Positions 51,601 through 54,288 are shown, counted from the first letter of the stretch. The stretch is DNA of 64,000 bases from Promethearchaeota archaeon (GCA_016840165.1 JAEOSU010000067.1:35400-99399), one strand, 5' to 3'. A program made the numbers and translations. The notes: generated by a model not told the origin, from the sequence alone.

Positions 51601-54288
51601 TACAAAGCCACTTGAAACACTAGTAATCGTTCCCTCACCATCAAATTCAAGTCCATATTTACGTTTCCCTACAGTCCAACTTGTTCCACCTTCTAGGCTA
51701 CCCTCCAGATTATTTATCATATCGTAGGTTACGGTTCCAGAATTTTCATCAAATTCTGCCATAAAGGCTAATGCTTGGGAGGGTTCTGATTGAGAGCTTG
51801 TTTGAAGTAAATTCAACAAATCCCATAACGAATATGGCCAATCAGGAATTCCATCTCTGTTCTCATCGTAGAAGAAGCGCCTTCCATGTATATCCTCCTC
51901 CATACCAGCATATTCTTCGTGAAATAAGGGGTTATAGAGCTCATTGCCATCATTTTCGATTTTTGCTAGCGCATTTTGTTCCAGCCAACCATAAATAGTG
52001 TGGTTATAATAGAAATTTCCCTCTTCGTCGGTGCTAACGTTGGCAATCCATTGATAATAATCATTTTGCTCAATATACAAACTTAAATTATCAGCCTGAA
52101 CAGCTTCATTGAGAGAATTCACTAATTTTCCGTCAAAAATTGTGGTCCAATACATAGAGTTGTTTGTCTCGTATTCAAAAGTATATACTGCTCCATATTC
52201 ATATCCATATTGTAATGGTTCAGAAAAGGGATTAGTAGGAAGGATTTTCAAATTATCTTTTTCCAATTCTACCTGATATATCTGAGGTGAAGAAGTCCTT
52301 GGACCAAATCCGGTTAATTCATGGTAAAATACCCTAGCTTCATAAATTCCGGGTAATAGATCATGTTCATCTAAGGGAATATGAGTAAATAGGTTATACT
52401 TTCTTTTTGGACCATTGATATATTTAGAGGAAAAATCATAATGTTTTTGAAGACGATACCCTTCAACAGTAGTAACATTGAGAGGAATCAGTCGCACTCT
52501 CACTTTTGAAGCAACTCCAAATGAGGGAGAGATTATACTTCTAACTACAAATTTATCATTGATAGTGAAGCCCTCAATATCTTCAAGAGAATAAGAATAT
52601 TCTAAGCTATCAAGATCTACTGAATTTTCAACCCTCTCAGCATTAGGAACTTGAGCAAATTCATAATCAAGAGGATTAATAATGAGGAGTGAATTTACAG
52701 AAAACATTAAAGGCATGAACACGAGAAAGATAGATATAAAAGGCACTTTTCGTAAGTGCTTATCTTTACTATCACTGTTGTTTCTGTCTTTTTTCGTAAA
52801 AATTAACGTCAAAATAATTATTATGAGTACCCCAATTAATAAATTCTGAGGAGAAAAGAAGAAATAATAGAGATAAATAAAAGAAGCTACAATTAGAGCA
52901 GTTAAAAGAAGGCCAACTTTATAATGATGATAATAGAATGAGGTATCTCCTCTTAACGATCTAATTAGTGGAGTAGCAATGCAAATTAAAGCTATGAATC
53001 CAGCGATTGTAAAGAATAAGGTGAAATTTAAAAGATAATTTTTAACTGCATAATCGATATCATTGATGTAGAATGCAGCAGCAAGAAAACAGATGCAAAT
53101 AAGAATTAATGTGCGCTTAGAATTCTTAATTTTTTCAAATGCAATTTTAACTTTTCTAGAAACTCTGATTATACCAATTTTTTCAACAAAATTACAACAT
53201 TTTTTCTTAAAGAATGATATTCGCCTACCGCACCATTCCAGCACACCATACTTATAAACTAACCATGAAAGTAGGATAAGCCCTGGTATGATAAATAACA
53301 TAAGTTTCAATCTCTTTATTGATAAAAGAAACAAACTACTCCCAAGGATACTTAAAATGCTTATAGCGGTGAAAATTAAACGGGAATTAGTTGAAATTTC
53401 CTTTATTATAGCATGTTTAACAATAAAAAATTCATAATATACTAGATCTAATAAGATTACTAAAACAATGAAGATATCAGGCATAGAGAGAAATATAAAC
53501 GCTCGATATAGGAATGTATATAAAAGCACGACACCAGAAATTACACCATATTTAATTATCTTGGATAGAGTAGAAAAGATCTTCCGTGCTCGTTTTGAGA
53601 GGTATAGTACATACTCTTCACAATACCTTAGCTTCTTTATAACGTTGTAATAATACAGGGGTCCTTTAAACCCACAATATATTAATGATACAAAAAAGAG
53701 TGGAATCAAGACAAGAATGGATTCCTTTAATGGACTTCCATAAAATAGAAGGATTGAAGCCCCTAAAATAAACGGAAATGAGACTATTAATAGGAATAAG
53801 AGATAATGAGAAAATAACGAAAAGGAGTGCTTAAAATTCTGTGCTTTTAAGGATACCGTAGGTTGAGGAATTTTATTAAGTTGCCTATGCAAAAGCTTTT
53901 TTGACTCCCTATAAATGGCTAGAGAAGGAGTCAATAGTGAGTAGTGCCTGATGCTAATTTCTTCTTGAACTTGAATCTCATCATTTGATGGTATATCAAA
54001 AGGAGCTACACTTGTATTATAATCTGCCTCCAACTTCTTCAAGTAATCGGTTTTAGTAACTTTATGCTGTTTTTTCCTATATCGAGATGATCTTTTCTTG
54101 AGATCGAGAATAAATTCCTCTTGTCCAGGTGTCAAACGGATGTCTATGCGTTCTGTGAGCAAAATATCTTTAAATTTTTGGATCTCCTTCTTATTTCGAA
54201 ATACATTTTCAGTTATTCCATATTTTTTTAATCCAGCGTAAAAAATCGTATCAAAATAATATTTTTCTAAAATAATTATCTTACTCAT
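15646..54288 (-). CDS. Giant (12,880 aa) membrane-anchored protein with LamG/ConA-like, Ig-like and Ca-binding motifs and a C-terminal GIY-YIG nuclease domain
   Basis: 38.6-kb uninterrupted ORF; SD-like AGGTGG 4 nt before the ATG; about 11 N-terminal TM helices; recognisable LamG motifs; GIY-YIG motif near the C-terminus. Confidence 0.93.
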   Translation of the reverse strand: MSKIIILEKYYFDTIFYAGLKKYGITENVFRNKKEIQKFKDILLTERIDIRLTPGQEEFILDLKKRSSRYRKKQHKVTKTDYLKKLEADYNTSVAPFDIPSNDEIQVQEEISIRHYSLLTPSLAIYRESKKLLHRQLNKIPQPTVSLKAQNFKHSFSLFSHYLLFLLIVSFPFILGASILLFYGSPLKESILVLIPLFFVSLIYCGFKGPLYYYNVIKKLRYCEEYVLYLSKRARKIFSTLSKIIKYGVISGVVLLYTFLYRAFIFLSMPDIFIVLVILLDLVYYEFFIVKHAIIKEISTNSRLIFTAISILSILGSSLFLLSIKRLKLMLFIIPGLILLSWLVYKYGVLEWCGRRISFFKKKCCNFVEKIGIIRVSRKVKIAFEKIKNSKRTLILICICFLAAAFYINDIDYAVKNYLLNFTLFFTIAGFIALICIATPLIRSLRGDTSFYYHHYKVGLLLTALIVASFIYLYYFFFSPQNLLIGVLIIIILTLIFTKKDRNNSDSKDKHLRKVPFISIFLVFMPLMFSVNSLLIINPLDYEFAQVPNAERVENSVDLDSLEYSYSLEDIEGFTINDKFVVRSIISPSFGVASKVRVRLIPLNVTTVEGYRLQKHYDFSSKYINGPKRKYNLFTHIPLDEHDLLPGIYEARVFYHELTGFGPRTSSPQIYQVELEKDNLKILPTNPFSEPLQYGYEYGAVYTFEYETNNSMYWTTIFDGKLVNSLNEAVQADNLSLYIEQNDYYQWIANVSTDEEGNFYYNHTIYGWLEQNALAKIENDGNELYNPLFHEEYAGMEEDIHGRRFFYDENRDGIPDWPYSLWDLLNLLQTSSQSEPSQALAFMAEFDENSGTVTYDMINNLEGSLEGGTSWTVGKRKYGLEFDGEGTITSVSSGFVKSVEHKEITLGSGTTSGYATLSKNQTISNCVPFASIKLSTTGDDWDENMVDLYFESSPSTRIVAERGERGGSVVISVYIVEFDGSNVEVQSGSFSMGTSTTDDITIDQIDTSKAVPLSYWKITGNDDDWDCAMVTTDFAGSTTVHMERDQGTGSVSGHYYVFEAQNSEFTVQKAEMSMTTSDDYDTASISPVDMSKSFIIASYECDVSNDDPEEGALDIWLNSETQVRAERRPEANSYAVPTINVFVITFNSGGSSVVQRNSFTWANADTSNQTSISQVDLDAAMIKGGTMYGIMKCDGTGGNDPKSAFIQYEFDGSTTVKGERYTSSEDGTGHWEVVEWELTGETQNYENFDYVDFNDILDDPLGTADSEFVVTAWIYPTSFKANESDNGIKNVFVSKTGILEIGINESGYLQVYINTNSVETNATYGYPGAISLNTWTYIAVRYNNSNVDVLIGDTWCSTAHETDEPWDGGGNLKEGSDFMMGAEITSYSCFTGKLDDISVFNQSISNAEIESHQGGPVLIIEAIVTKEDGMGGWTPISLGEKIDGYLNFQLNSTGKPIDILKLYLSTEAPDLQNPTPNEWHLLASYNYDSNLYSYVINSWDLPDNESWYFICRAEDDIGTILYDSYNKYFKIEHFNDLINFTYLDNAGKISSNSHIGVNPVEDCEWHISSLDVYINYSDDIDFLTSANYTDLSAHYWLIYLDSLSEWVSTKGLNPGEYTINFIIEANLTYGSGFPNYYMNYTLENTILDIKGPAMTLLTGSPYTFTLGSTYDIVENNILTMAVESTDSDFAYVDLDYKYTTPSTSNWIRYGTFYANNNSLATIVFDIINLRDDNITIRFTGHDDLQNSKVLYESNYWFIKDFNNHLEFVVEGLDSSVLYGLNEDDMIELELKVLPFDNDITKAVVSTNYESFTLQTVSSEQDHIYFEDNGGEDIKLNSTFYNIFGSEFASIPVEVRLYQGTTLITSKQVLITVITTTFCDIVQINNVTVDITNDTNNIWMSFLNQTDAYNNTHGIPFIANNQPPVLKVYNSLGELVQVIYLSAYLDTNSSEVYDTGTIEILDNKFTVSLPSPQSGELCSIEEVIVNGTSYPFSYFVDTTDEELLIILLSPKSLDGTYRASAPIEIKYGISTTLRTENHFVGNFNFTLLSQNNYTFIGEFYDISGAISTFTLNETFSIDYQGPVIYKQFSNDFAINPETGSISFIISDFSGVSDYWFNTTISGYWVVSGDVYTFFFNDTSISEGLKYITFTCNDTLGSESSLQFTLILDKTAPVFSNVDTDQIYGNDLFTINATISESSEYTLSLEIIHISSGSIVTNFEYSIIEVTEDEWQILIDTLTLQNGYYDITLIAMDSAGNSNTYTIEDAYFDNMYPIIDEFVESIYVDGESIYNTTITDTLYLNEEEYLTISAFDTLYDNFDWSTIDQTLADQFGIENITMYYTYPLAWYNISIAGTLDYETLTYEITGYGNPINTTVQNIKSIQSLSIGDYIIDKFTILLDGTSLLLQINEQYRYALSSQLTDEIYAQFYEITNDDEITLSFNSNSELWEIKSTGRNYFNITDYLNLSEGDEILFWFEVIDGFGNKLISHKYTGIYDNIINKTDEYSLFNWYLGTNSTGAGIIVFGSDEFEYSTTQIDTSSIAHTFNGEEDVSRIYIYGSANESAWELVGRAYFSGEEDLWKYYWDGDLLESLNELPPENYFLKLLIFDKAGNYLDYDGQYCGAYSFTNEEDGTVPSEWYDTLGTGGTSYIIENLGEHKKVLELHDWSSSHRATIENSFADKSYGNVEFWIRTTNVAKRTYIRFQQVGGNDGFYIILGYGGYLRDAKTSANIENEASEDFTFVSNKWYHFRLDFECSDSEYEGLDQYKWVGYIDGVKTKVYSFYNNYNYIDEFHFSTSTVDSSYYSYFDAVGYSWDTGYNIGENTNEFAYNPIKTYDYTQIELLTDLVFGEIFEYNATALSNEQDISGFIENYFGSVNVWDVVSEYYNPLENSWIPMATNSATIHTNGSYNIIWDISKDQAFMNSMYNFSYEYLPMKIYSPASNDLWGSWGIFSDTGEWCPIIISEIGSNLDISVFNFSDTSGWYLEPTLSTETIIPSLNGQMFKLFDIHRDGKWEILRVTPAQIDIIYYESGSWTIKTNITSLSGYEYFDFDITYDGSSSNTIMVITQQDTSEDLSLWVYNFALDYSLLKYVERDCPLNFVPTAIKIINDFSLNNRRAVLIGGLMSGAYYSQLIEYDIDLNIKNIIVDAILGKITIIEYDQFDGVDSIVLGIERIAIGKMDAIVALRRSTGTDEWVEFELSGFDDVRFEILDFLTIHENYINTLIIASKSGLFKTKISHNIDKNAITSPICYTIKTFKKQELSPIYYPAINNTMIKTPLYRIQKISYRTDSGQWYELSSTLYRNSRDEIRLDLLSVWSILTHVKVAYSFESFVSRRRTTIDPSFDKYGGTSDTQSVSVSSTFFEDSSLPLLWLNSGTSLYTNPNWIALPNSMTYQYAPVISGLGTQVAYPNIKMGWNNDWGPEYITMPELENSLIYYGDKYDSGELAQYLNSKDDYYGEDKFGGKFENNYIDGVWISNPYMSDTYNFTQMYYSDIHSAGSGGPYNYYDPGGGLAQYVFVRNTITNMTGEYSTTQVPEIYSSGDLPAGTITKYLTDINELYDPILGYLGSHSGAYSDTHHNNDDKYMTLESSSGIYWADLIADTYSGENYYLSCDFNAPSGINSWLRINGDTFATGDIYGDIFLNRVLIEGVNSIEYKALNPYPGEFDVTLDWFRLEKVVDGDPAINPYPTTEELGAALVNWSQYITVSRGDIGNFGVVGTFKLPIVTKENLESIHIMFDASVIADSFDNGNLPLSIQIYNFNTKDYESLPMAPLGGTNTYDSAELLLDFWDWHPTDSPNPADDKFRPGWSTSGINAVNTISYGDTFPNTLDGNGNIIFDNAVKNGGSFLKNTDSGREMNTLYSDHYKYLSYDDTSYNANKFYLESIVIDPNVFYTHSSDFPNYLSSTSFTGPKDFFGNYINDNHEFKIRVLTTKESAQLSTPYLCIGDFNTYTYTNTSYLNYDDFESNAINNTHVSQSIDVTNNGVYLKGYSGFNLKEPSEGVKFRDTFGDTVWAFSYEQGATIPFSESLAYSAVVRSLYPNNHYTPSTLTAYLENAATEYNSFTSYIVTGTHSSGDVVDTHDNDGVCYKIDSAPSGTLYKTKVKYRFPLLTKSWDLYYDFSTTKNVDMYIMIGDSSGPSGSSLVSKLSASSFSGSVRIDNHDPDNDYIWIETYGFSSHRVYMDWLEAVYCIQEYETFLKTPSIPYLGYADSDSWELEVSKIDQWGAQSTLSLYSTQYFDNSLTWNNRPPTTGFISSKSPPFGSTFVFDLGSVISQQNSHFKIDVSSIEGGVDFSNPILNYELKKSHQAGGMLYMQTDYVSGELLTLKSPIYDDVVDVTSNDEFVIECKAKTDDQITFSLYNGDWVTPVHEFELIPQGNSDFTDQIITLGHSEDLKFDRLKLSGTLEVKEYFLLHAISVIEGVMIVDTKLSEYQFDDQFTSLNLIDGIATTSVNYAHHEDDQFYTINSQEISNEDHRITVDFEFPLDNVDINSISCIKIELVGFGSGISLDNNYYKIKNFKLGPYEELSYEIEDGTLIFTISEDQFEKLFDTYDNKYKIAFRIEIQDDSSFSINIDKLCVFTYQEWTAEHDLYRAVFIFERLTGGQEGDTITVGVNDDIYLEIAYNDGDLYDPGYNNIISFNYDFNTQKWSAFVNENFTNGIPSPDQLDTDPVMKPRIESRFASDSHGIIIKLIESHYYTRVRDEIDFEKYKSLILSYKNKYSHVDEIKFDSISSIVTPENEFTQICADIDIIYSFHDEMDKYHNYNIFNYKLLPTFTKENSDDLESLEHDEIGFIIESAPSNVGSPIYPNGHYGSSYSYTGGVGDLTSVNEDYFYARSTGQEYHDNPHIYDNYKTQNVNGAPNDVECYRNGNKQFFDKTGENVKLTKNEIPSEPPEWSITDNLYRETDRESSGDGYSYEIYDYYRFNCDDWASSANINRHFNMELTYYRPPSDEFGTCEIYFYNYLEELWVKKWNAPIIGEEVSWRWHIPSYYFSDLDYVSVCVYSWAWDVDGKTGLYMDIDKIYVELDKEVLPLSEIGFGFGSWLNSANDFYVRFNAGFEDSLGNSNGKFLINGVTEEETGDGGWDYWYGDNYFYADISSIKFLIAALDASYPQGHRWTIDWLELKCLNEAKFVSVKNSEAIELGSSYSHVYNRSSYIDSGFHDDPYFGKNSIQFTLKNTITTPAFARESGDVFADLELSDLDLDFEVYPSQSQCGTSFALEHQDIEGHNQTKYPPSVLGDYSEYSTSRFRNSAMDDIQIPLITPIELNFEDIDMDEFERAELELALDLDVDLRNRINDSAWSLRYRLLFYNYTSGVWEDFKGILRAENQGYSRDVWNPSIPSHTNFFNYLMNVSANTFIPIYNDNNIKIKNPMRIMDLDNHTIQDGLMKLAFISYILPSNYSIEKDNPDNYFVYERADPKIPIEINQTVTILDSVLIGESREIMYPEASLTTTLELNEDFRANLSMIDNLGEIIGVKGKFVDQNAIPYEYPIQYYWITSENELAFNSPMKYLFTNVIIEYIPQAELNYNSTDGNWYLPDYFVDDYYNFTKPFFVTALWVNETYYGTYIHPDVDVGYSIVSTSYGTYVDFYDTIHPDSTVKGAVHFGKVNDTNFLRISKDDELLYQYNILDNASDYLGGTLDLEINIGFTDVIYSELTQVSCEDYYLSVTLYQADSTSSANATLIGTTKVDLNKKLMGFHYYSLAIDLNNFDFVSNGKTILAETITREKNFDLLIKIESSAYNCFVDGNLFKGVYAHELLTASLEIETLDSHLTFNGTPVTMPYIPIEQEDVPLSKIDMGEYVFDSTSLLYDFEFTVNEIRTHSNNLTENIDYIFDPIEKSITLIGSYRDYSGQLFGDIIYKAFEWTPEHIAALEPVTLTFQGDYITNITKFMELVVQYDAIPGYDMEKIDKTTGRLVLADEEKGSHLLKIHMWNFVENKWDEVSFVCYDDYTGTNTFSYVADRNFVMFEDYFNKTSSQEFEAKVIFAFEEDIGECFIAKTGFSITSIGANLFYNTPHTEHFINPKIEFDIDLTDYYENDEIYLEEISLELDYEGVIEFDDAFVYSQYALIQELYNFYLRNEFLDFESFALKYNSITISREEVNRLILHDIENDKYYIRAKLEYDWNCILQMNLGSKSKLEVLATLNLNKYDLTVAYTSFETTRISATEITIPFEMQPIYAPNYIQDDNSIHMLSNDDKLDIGIFGGFLRDSDTRQRLMLRQRLYYNFTYTQLGWYNILLDQEYTDAILRFVVPIGELETPTTYITNSTYFAFSADNEVTSVELYYNVGSGDVKVGDMVQNSGIQTRFEYMWDDVKGDTGASTNDIIEVMCNVTDVLGNNGKYRYNLTADFDAPQPLISLGALDYPATYSFENEEDGTSGANIEFVDFNGLGTCIVENELDDHKKVLKLYDTVDWQSMSHNFASSQESGTIEFWIRLGETDTYHRIILYSGATIFTYIIWRNDGWLRYHDGDWHNIVQYNADQWYHIRIDFECGTGGYEGLAADTFYIYVDGYKYGAYGTTNPTADLDKFYYDSKSRATTYLDAIGFSWDQKYNIEANKFGYANPLTQIEFTSNELILNETAWWKFDETSGYTASDSIGNNNGILDSNMTDDDWISGKFGNALDFDGDYDQVDMMDYNLPNGGYTMVCWFKTTRDHLAWICGEGGSGESVATNINMMLIKDTDEIEFWTETGYGTNHIYPFTITGATDDGQWHFLAAVVDFGNVTMWFDDQKFTTSIINSDTTANNFHVANYRILASPDSNRFLGQIDDVRVYEFLLSDDEVSWLYNSGEESSIKEQYRIIDLTTGAVSDWVNFDPKLIERLCDLGELPSYFTIEYKVADAAGNENITSLENVLLSMQALPAPTDMFSFETEQGVYYGTYDFRDDQDDSFPSDWIDYSDTDCSISVFSELGGHKKVVKMYDNKIDERFLMRNYFSSAQSSGSVEFWARGDSSVTYDYLYLDLRGTSRTCQAYLKLSNHYLYVYDGGWNTFYHASITKDKWFHLKVVFDKSANTMNWYIDGAHIGTTNFEHSVDIEYIQIFSADWTSNADFSWYVDAISYSWDSTSHDGLGYEVGRNINPYDIEPLLKINFHPSASFNTHIKITDEIDGYKNVIELYDNSALYSSSINNYFSSQSTGIAEFWFRVDDISGSDNKIFGSFRDAGGTSGPYWRAYNGLLEWNDGTYHTIQSISANVWYHLIFEFDCGTDTFDMWVDGVIKVDNGNFANDLSSVTNFNMYTHSSQAFEDFHAYIDDIVYSWAPIPEVGSVSWDDNTIDLNSNEVSERTISFKDHGQFGHIPSIDAFINGFFYGTAYLDAGYYSLSFGTENSKDTLIGYSNSLLSSEIYSNINPMNHISWEVRKDDYFAAVKHVLVDDNIVIINPVAQEEVRTLELEHLYDRGFGLSDFAMIKQVYYINTTSDNSTNLEYGLDYIFDEDGFVEFPEYSRIHELYENSTEVQDSLIYFEYYASQFKDILNLSNADGFFLNFTMPATYYYHTTIQKLVISFNDLEGNSFPIIYYDLDLREYFLENVKSQYEVDIFGLGEMMAIPLYISLNDIALSNPYKQFDLRLLESITFTVSDSERWPGSFMREVENYTVLDLPYQRVGILDLSLYNLISDSIEADEDGFVESTIIFRAPEYYDFYAESTFKIRRLNIEFTDVKIFVYNEEVSEGGVVDVEYSDFIELNYRYSNSLAPVLLNDLLELPITMINSSSGEILGFSVANWITKIDRDSLSGYLSKYYYSRFQVPKILGEYNISFGSSGTPIHNIIFGEFQETAWWNLGNGDIAYDYIGDNDGEIYGASLADGKIGKSLYFDGVNDYVTTDLDMTSIWNAGDPIHISVWIKSSSTSGMVIAGTPGGGPDIMVQMYTNGQIRVRLYGGTIAASDSGAYNDNEWHLVDFGCDGIIPYFYIDSVPQSVAPTIGTYNRETSLMFGARKTPAQDFYNGYIDDVRVFTKALTDNEIEWIYNDGEGRPEPLVNKFKFILNVTQESLFETEPIYLPANSYELEYGQSFLLEGCIRDNDEYVIEDEVYEYRYQEAEDGETVHHLKIVSPLDDPDFLDREEFAIYYIDKNLTTNPLYSSLNGRFFKDREILQYSEDPFISYVDNAYIVNIFWDANSLKFIDYDTVLLISYKVQKGRPISPMSYSSKDAYGNDVYSNLIEIPFAKYDMLAKDWIAEDNFTERFVIDKNLLYEDIESSGATIQGSQFYDERFIQTGIITLESIYVNWSSADSFELLNESEYSWNINSNGELIVSGLPYNSGDVFRVLYYGLHPVSLIHSINTSISSVEYIKIVNNTGYEYEFQFGTDYCVSADGYSIYFKDLYNSILSSGNFTIYDRFEIKYHAPLSRLVDLSQNLLLMLQDQNGNNIPIDTVPIDNLGFFEYEQSLELDSPLSLPFGGGKKLVHMALTYLPTSVFNKSSDNSIPIDYEDQNGNKIYPYKESNKWVKPFTVITIPKKIKLEMVEDPSQSMVINQKFYEEREYIYNFNPMEKLEEGEEYTKVMIDTLVKENYTFSFKLSTFEDKPINGSVVWLHIGLMPKSETKFFNDRAILEEYGVYPYFESLGTEDVTFRGPGGGTDLANKMYGRPLIYEIKHDYSNYSAYGPYIWTYGITDETGEVSFDISFDHDFLTDFFEIWGSISRENRQLQISDIEDCVLYIRAFNTYVEDWDEMAIDSPYEYVSSKDGIVFNGTAQVPAYDITQSVLQDSTYVEGLIHLHKKDIALGINDYYAYNLPDDDIDETYDPLTLHLHVTEAKPIPSTTVPSVEYLSKVHTNSELEPLPLNILNDSDYRYYAYIEFITPSGNIVETLYKEIHKAYDSGTITVDNETIVDLCEKLGPGISTIRVHVVESDFYKASPVVAVPLEIRPANWIKFGEKNTHIELIDPFVSAWGEAYNSDKEMPFESNYPFLIGSVWVEPYFNSSGGEESVQDYIDINLDCTIYNEDGTTSTFPLRNDIMLRPGNHDGLMTFTIGLGPEDAFLMGLQCDLNLSFSIDFNRDQIFKDERDVEIYLLDLRLEKNPSSNDPNTIWSIYVDGFTSGAITVAIEDAVSTGDSVRYLGGIQNGQTYGQEIAFLFSNDTLEYGIDADSELLLLNALTEISVLEVIGIKEGDEYEFEQTTDWTAPYYPSGILSNDSVIRFTGANVPDEGTEFSVIYKLKFDFGSNNYGIITLGYTNEYNESSIELRLPAGFLPESDNSYSPMFTRFVQDCDGTTADYTLDYGKQNAVPSDFIIYNEHELEILNNDNPIVKAIVGNHLKITLDQITPPISPFTVIYGVKSQYTLGYGFQKYNKSYSDSVRLINNTDSTSKLLDESSNEIYPLTLEDSALYISLDNSNEKTILKLLNVPLLYAPEINLTFILDHALLDLIQTYGDDFNDLTIEFKYTTNDGFYEYYSDPKVVPLNYTEIQPDIVANSYVIGYNKDLQAIYDMVGTDSVDIEITIHQVGSSDNYIPYVILEQFDYISDEHLVENYDRMPLDKYGNFDIKAAVNTPHYYQIFSRPLVDCIYGKSPFNLIDSSKVTVALKDLPNVTLVSVDSDGVNYAFDYIGWKQTLPVNSENFYMIPNLGMFIDTYDIDEPLYQDGYVDLYYGSGTSIRGEEEYINTIYMDYESSSIPDYRSSISGNEPTSWEDTFNFADKFLTTDIITVSGQVFYHQLFDLDIDINSSSVMENIFPNYGKIINFGLQLIEDIDVAEIRAVGMPYSYALSVQGFPVGNYKEDYCNLISEGYSGSFTPSEDILEIDTDFALEYDENGTAYILFFKAVGELSSYTDDENKIMIDYWINHEFINSYDYYIHEDPEDPYISQIEWDYNYTDRDTYHLHPDFSDETSFTIEYTALEWEIFNSTYIKDGEDLFTFQPEEFYNISILYTGESSTDEFSIQYIVPEGQYKEDYILFPTIYTLAQKGEDEETIEVFEIANEESKSYLSQNTPDSYEYTINFDNIEAYIKTTYGSEYQLVENSYLYVLAQYNSTLLKYEMGHTPFNYKYLGDQHDAYQIALYIDDQFIAYSNESLFNDYVLKIENEYIYFNDKSEGQSGYIEPKSAIKLSYKFKLQPGLLDRKHFLIVTYPWSNIFDTPYDPLVSDNPQIDYREEYRKLSGGSIITPFEYSLSIENKYTLYLSYRLNVRDYYENKFEIKSQYFSSSKNGYVYELMSEELDNYIDVLEVNGENSINIYYYDRFGKMRFLDPIHYEYLSATREIIIKNDENVLVLPNGLMEFYVSFVSESNDKEFASYRFTYNPAEPITDTLDMPYWDVIGESGVDVIPNLDAFYFINEEDSTIATTVCHASQIAAYLEQGDELEFNLEGEIGDFDGGLINEIHNGTYLALYIDTNIRNIESVDHLTIKLYDNSGLMSAFTQTLSREELLMYDYNIKIELPTSSNTLKKIRLIPTFRTDKEYNGDNIQGIARFQTAQWNSESVSPLNSGKEYFHVKLDYALKTGLDELAYIFNDRLEYLEFPEGKSLTYTKEEDVYTLHIPTTYIHPDTKEVMSFIEDQVIAIRYNSPIKKGIAVGIGKLYFENKGYNYASHSDLPKAEILLVEASSDTAYSDFTADYYYQTPLQLTPFDTEHNGRYKAVKIELDLTSLYESTQSDVLNFTHLLFTMPDPSYELTISEIILLEDSFEGTTQAGNIDSRVWQYSEVEMFTASATPEDDSYQLALDEIPLFYPNSEWLDYLNIYDEDGNYYTAGITGNDHQLHFESATNTFTWNPDFNQFPEYFGMEFQEPLIIEPNKTLYFEYVINTSWAQPILIEVENIDLDSIRVIYDYNYLLKPEYYEWYGQQFSMDHSYENIAYSFKNETEYKVVQYYYESFSVYTSVSEYTHTYDIGDLSFEDDFVNVSVYKVIGLNATFSSTTLTDNSDFTVAFNAITGQLTITDLNSGDGLLDAFDQITAILNFSYGPISSFTEIYLLDEFNQTYLTDVKETFYNYVDIDYNYISKSGIPLLAESAATITSEYTSFKSSKYCRNPDMRDNDKLIGYGLELYDNFELYKDESSIIYVADIDMDGEPDYKHTIDVDRDGKIDIIRYGIDDPEGSGEIYWHTVIQDFESSEITIQQQVDEQRHTEWFDINDRIFASYDFNVDKLIEIVLTLPLLALHISKMILPDVDYWAKKSTQQMVTKEEYSKTSFYSVKVDNDRDGYPDSQMNFERTTVDIYYEVKEVRKTILAAKKQDIFTFIAEYVDKSIESLFTGSYENPVFNEDLTEEVLNSGDFSSCNGYTQDNAPTLRATYRKFKQSITTTYVDTFEQSAITVIEFDDEGGIEEQRVYIDEFKDHEVNVADNFFSELAQEHAITDIETGQEVSVLFDPDLPFTDPANISWSSPTWGSDHIPVKYDSLQVVGEDYAYSVNAFDEKIILRIPNRFSLYNDYGKISKSNVVDDGWVEFEVEGVLITPPDGQVYYTSDIDSFIDRTAKTSGSYFYVDSDSNGFYETVYVVSDICGTSATGIPEYDVITIGYNYDGIHDFAPYERLDKSVEITSTFNRLAGESTMFGSDWVYKFDKLQYVELLWDEESVWDDYKPKDQIFEIYKLTEQSSKNPKFSTLFYEVRHKTYSQAWEQYKKQLVGDIAEQVFMSVTASTLSAAVTALTAGIGALTGLNALTYFTVYTLMTKFFIDMDLHEAESRTRSETFYPVSSEVRDPVSLNEKSLGDRVLGDTMAAALIGHPGGYYTTVSGGEPGNRYNAEVLVSPPNPARLLDSFGGFLDLLWENFESMGESDPDAFWALDFDDMNLDYFLLTSELPSFNQKSHYTYKNTDSITSIYNWYYANTLGNLERKVGIVSDGHLDAIRATCIDGRPQYEFINSTNYEAILPQSVLFRPIVLSQSRFDEIDPEPGHLVITTECSYDEEYSINTEGINAYSLNDIETKAGYRSKIPINDRGFEYPIRYISIDVIRDHPSEGINYLAQDLVVDEAQFAIDSGNLYFTIPLETIIINQYSSFYNALQQTDAQTSVYYNVHIVFDVFVNDTKAENYKLALAQATYYTIMDYFNQYTYAETTAQMISEIAYTETMTFWSTLISAPLILLGSWTIMSTSGMMAQAGVHSVKALIGKSVLQLVTSPIQEVFEEIIKDGFIEAFAENIADLAGLSEDAGFWLSSLGTSYREVKGALGELALGGFSELKQGIATVRALKAGDPSAYIDLRQRIQQDLQQQREAEQKRLDSMTTMERLIKSGFFKGLLMIMPGIFFGSFDFFALMGLNKMIKSTVAVAPQAYGKRKSIQQANRKADIQNMFKDQQDVLDSTVLSNMLQEQAKKPAEIDGESLRDLFRGKQDIEIDNPPLTISFPSINSDPKTEQKVDLFNKFKEIVLGKNAESIGYDIQSFQMQFYKEEASEENVLVEQKVSDDIVKTDIVHVDNFEGLFPEYDKDRINYIHAKLFDPNYDQNKPEKVLDQIIYRSELILEAREVLKSTRYHGLDIIINEQMNWEVMAILQDKFNKDEDWTQLERVIADVASFYMGGRGPPHKPQSDLVTGESIIPPRAKRIISHECGGNPQHTQRFLLNVWKGQRLGDDYVFGMIYKWKNKETGKFYVGRTQRVKGTPYCRPFSSMSVRFEEELDTALSTRKVELKKKYNEFYLDIRNIYDSAGRGQAGMDAIRESMELEIVEIQLLGRNFKSDTYLIKVLEDWWIEEFRRLGEDLYNVKGGLTGRTAKYETTGYSQRDLDGKITFLFSHGFIGHEIGDYIGISQAKSPGVLTRVLWRAVGMSTVAARVYYPGKRMFELMDDGIFEFDELASNFRGMDPNRVMRTLSSEYFPMGNEYLKGFLTAKYFREFDFDKNLVPQEFEKYLKDLGISVQSYYTWFRKRESLYEHWQRKDIIPLLRFYATFVIKNFDNKYEFLQHLGLSDRLNSLSAWELKNLFVDLLGYDFDIAKDIYSDYYFGRLQIVVSV
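16381..16773 (-). other. GIY-YIG nuclease domain within the giant protein
   Basis: FGMIYKWKNKETGKFYVGRT...SVRFEE...LEDWWIEEF...LYNVKGG carries the Tyr, Tyr-x-Gly, Arg, Glu and Asn motif positions. Confidence 0.85.
30385..35200 (-). other. Cluster of LamG/concanavalin-A-like domains within the giant protein (boundaries approximate)
   Basis: Two classical LamG units (ETAWW...FDG..D...IDDVRV...L.D.E..W.YN, ~30385-30975 and ~33925-34555) plus three related repeats (H/YK.V..LYD...EFW...WYH...D...YSW/FSW). Confidence 0.75.
50055..51770 (-). other. LamG domain split by four tandem ~85-aa beta repeats (boundaries approximate)
   Basis: AEFDENSG...GLEFDG, then the insert (~50580-51612), then YVDF...AWIYP...WTYIAV...GKLDDISVFN. 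Confidence 0.65.
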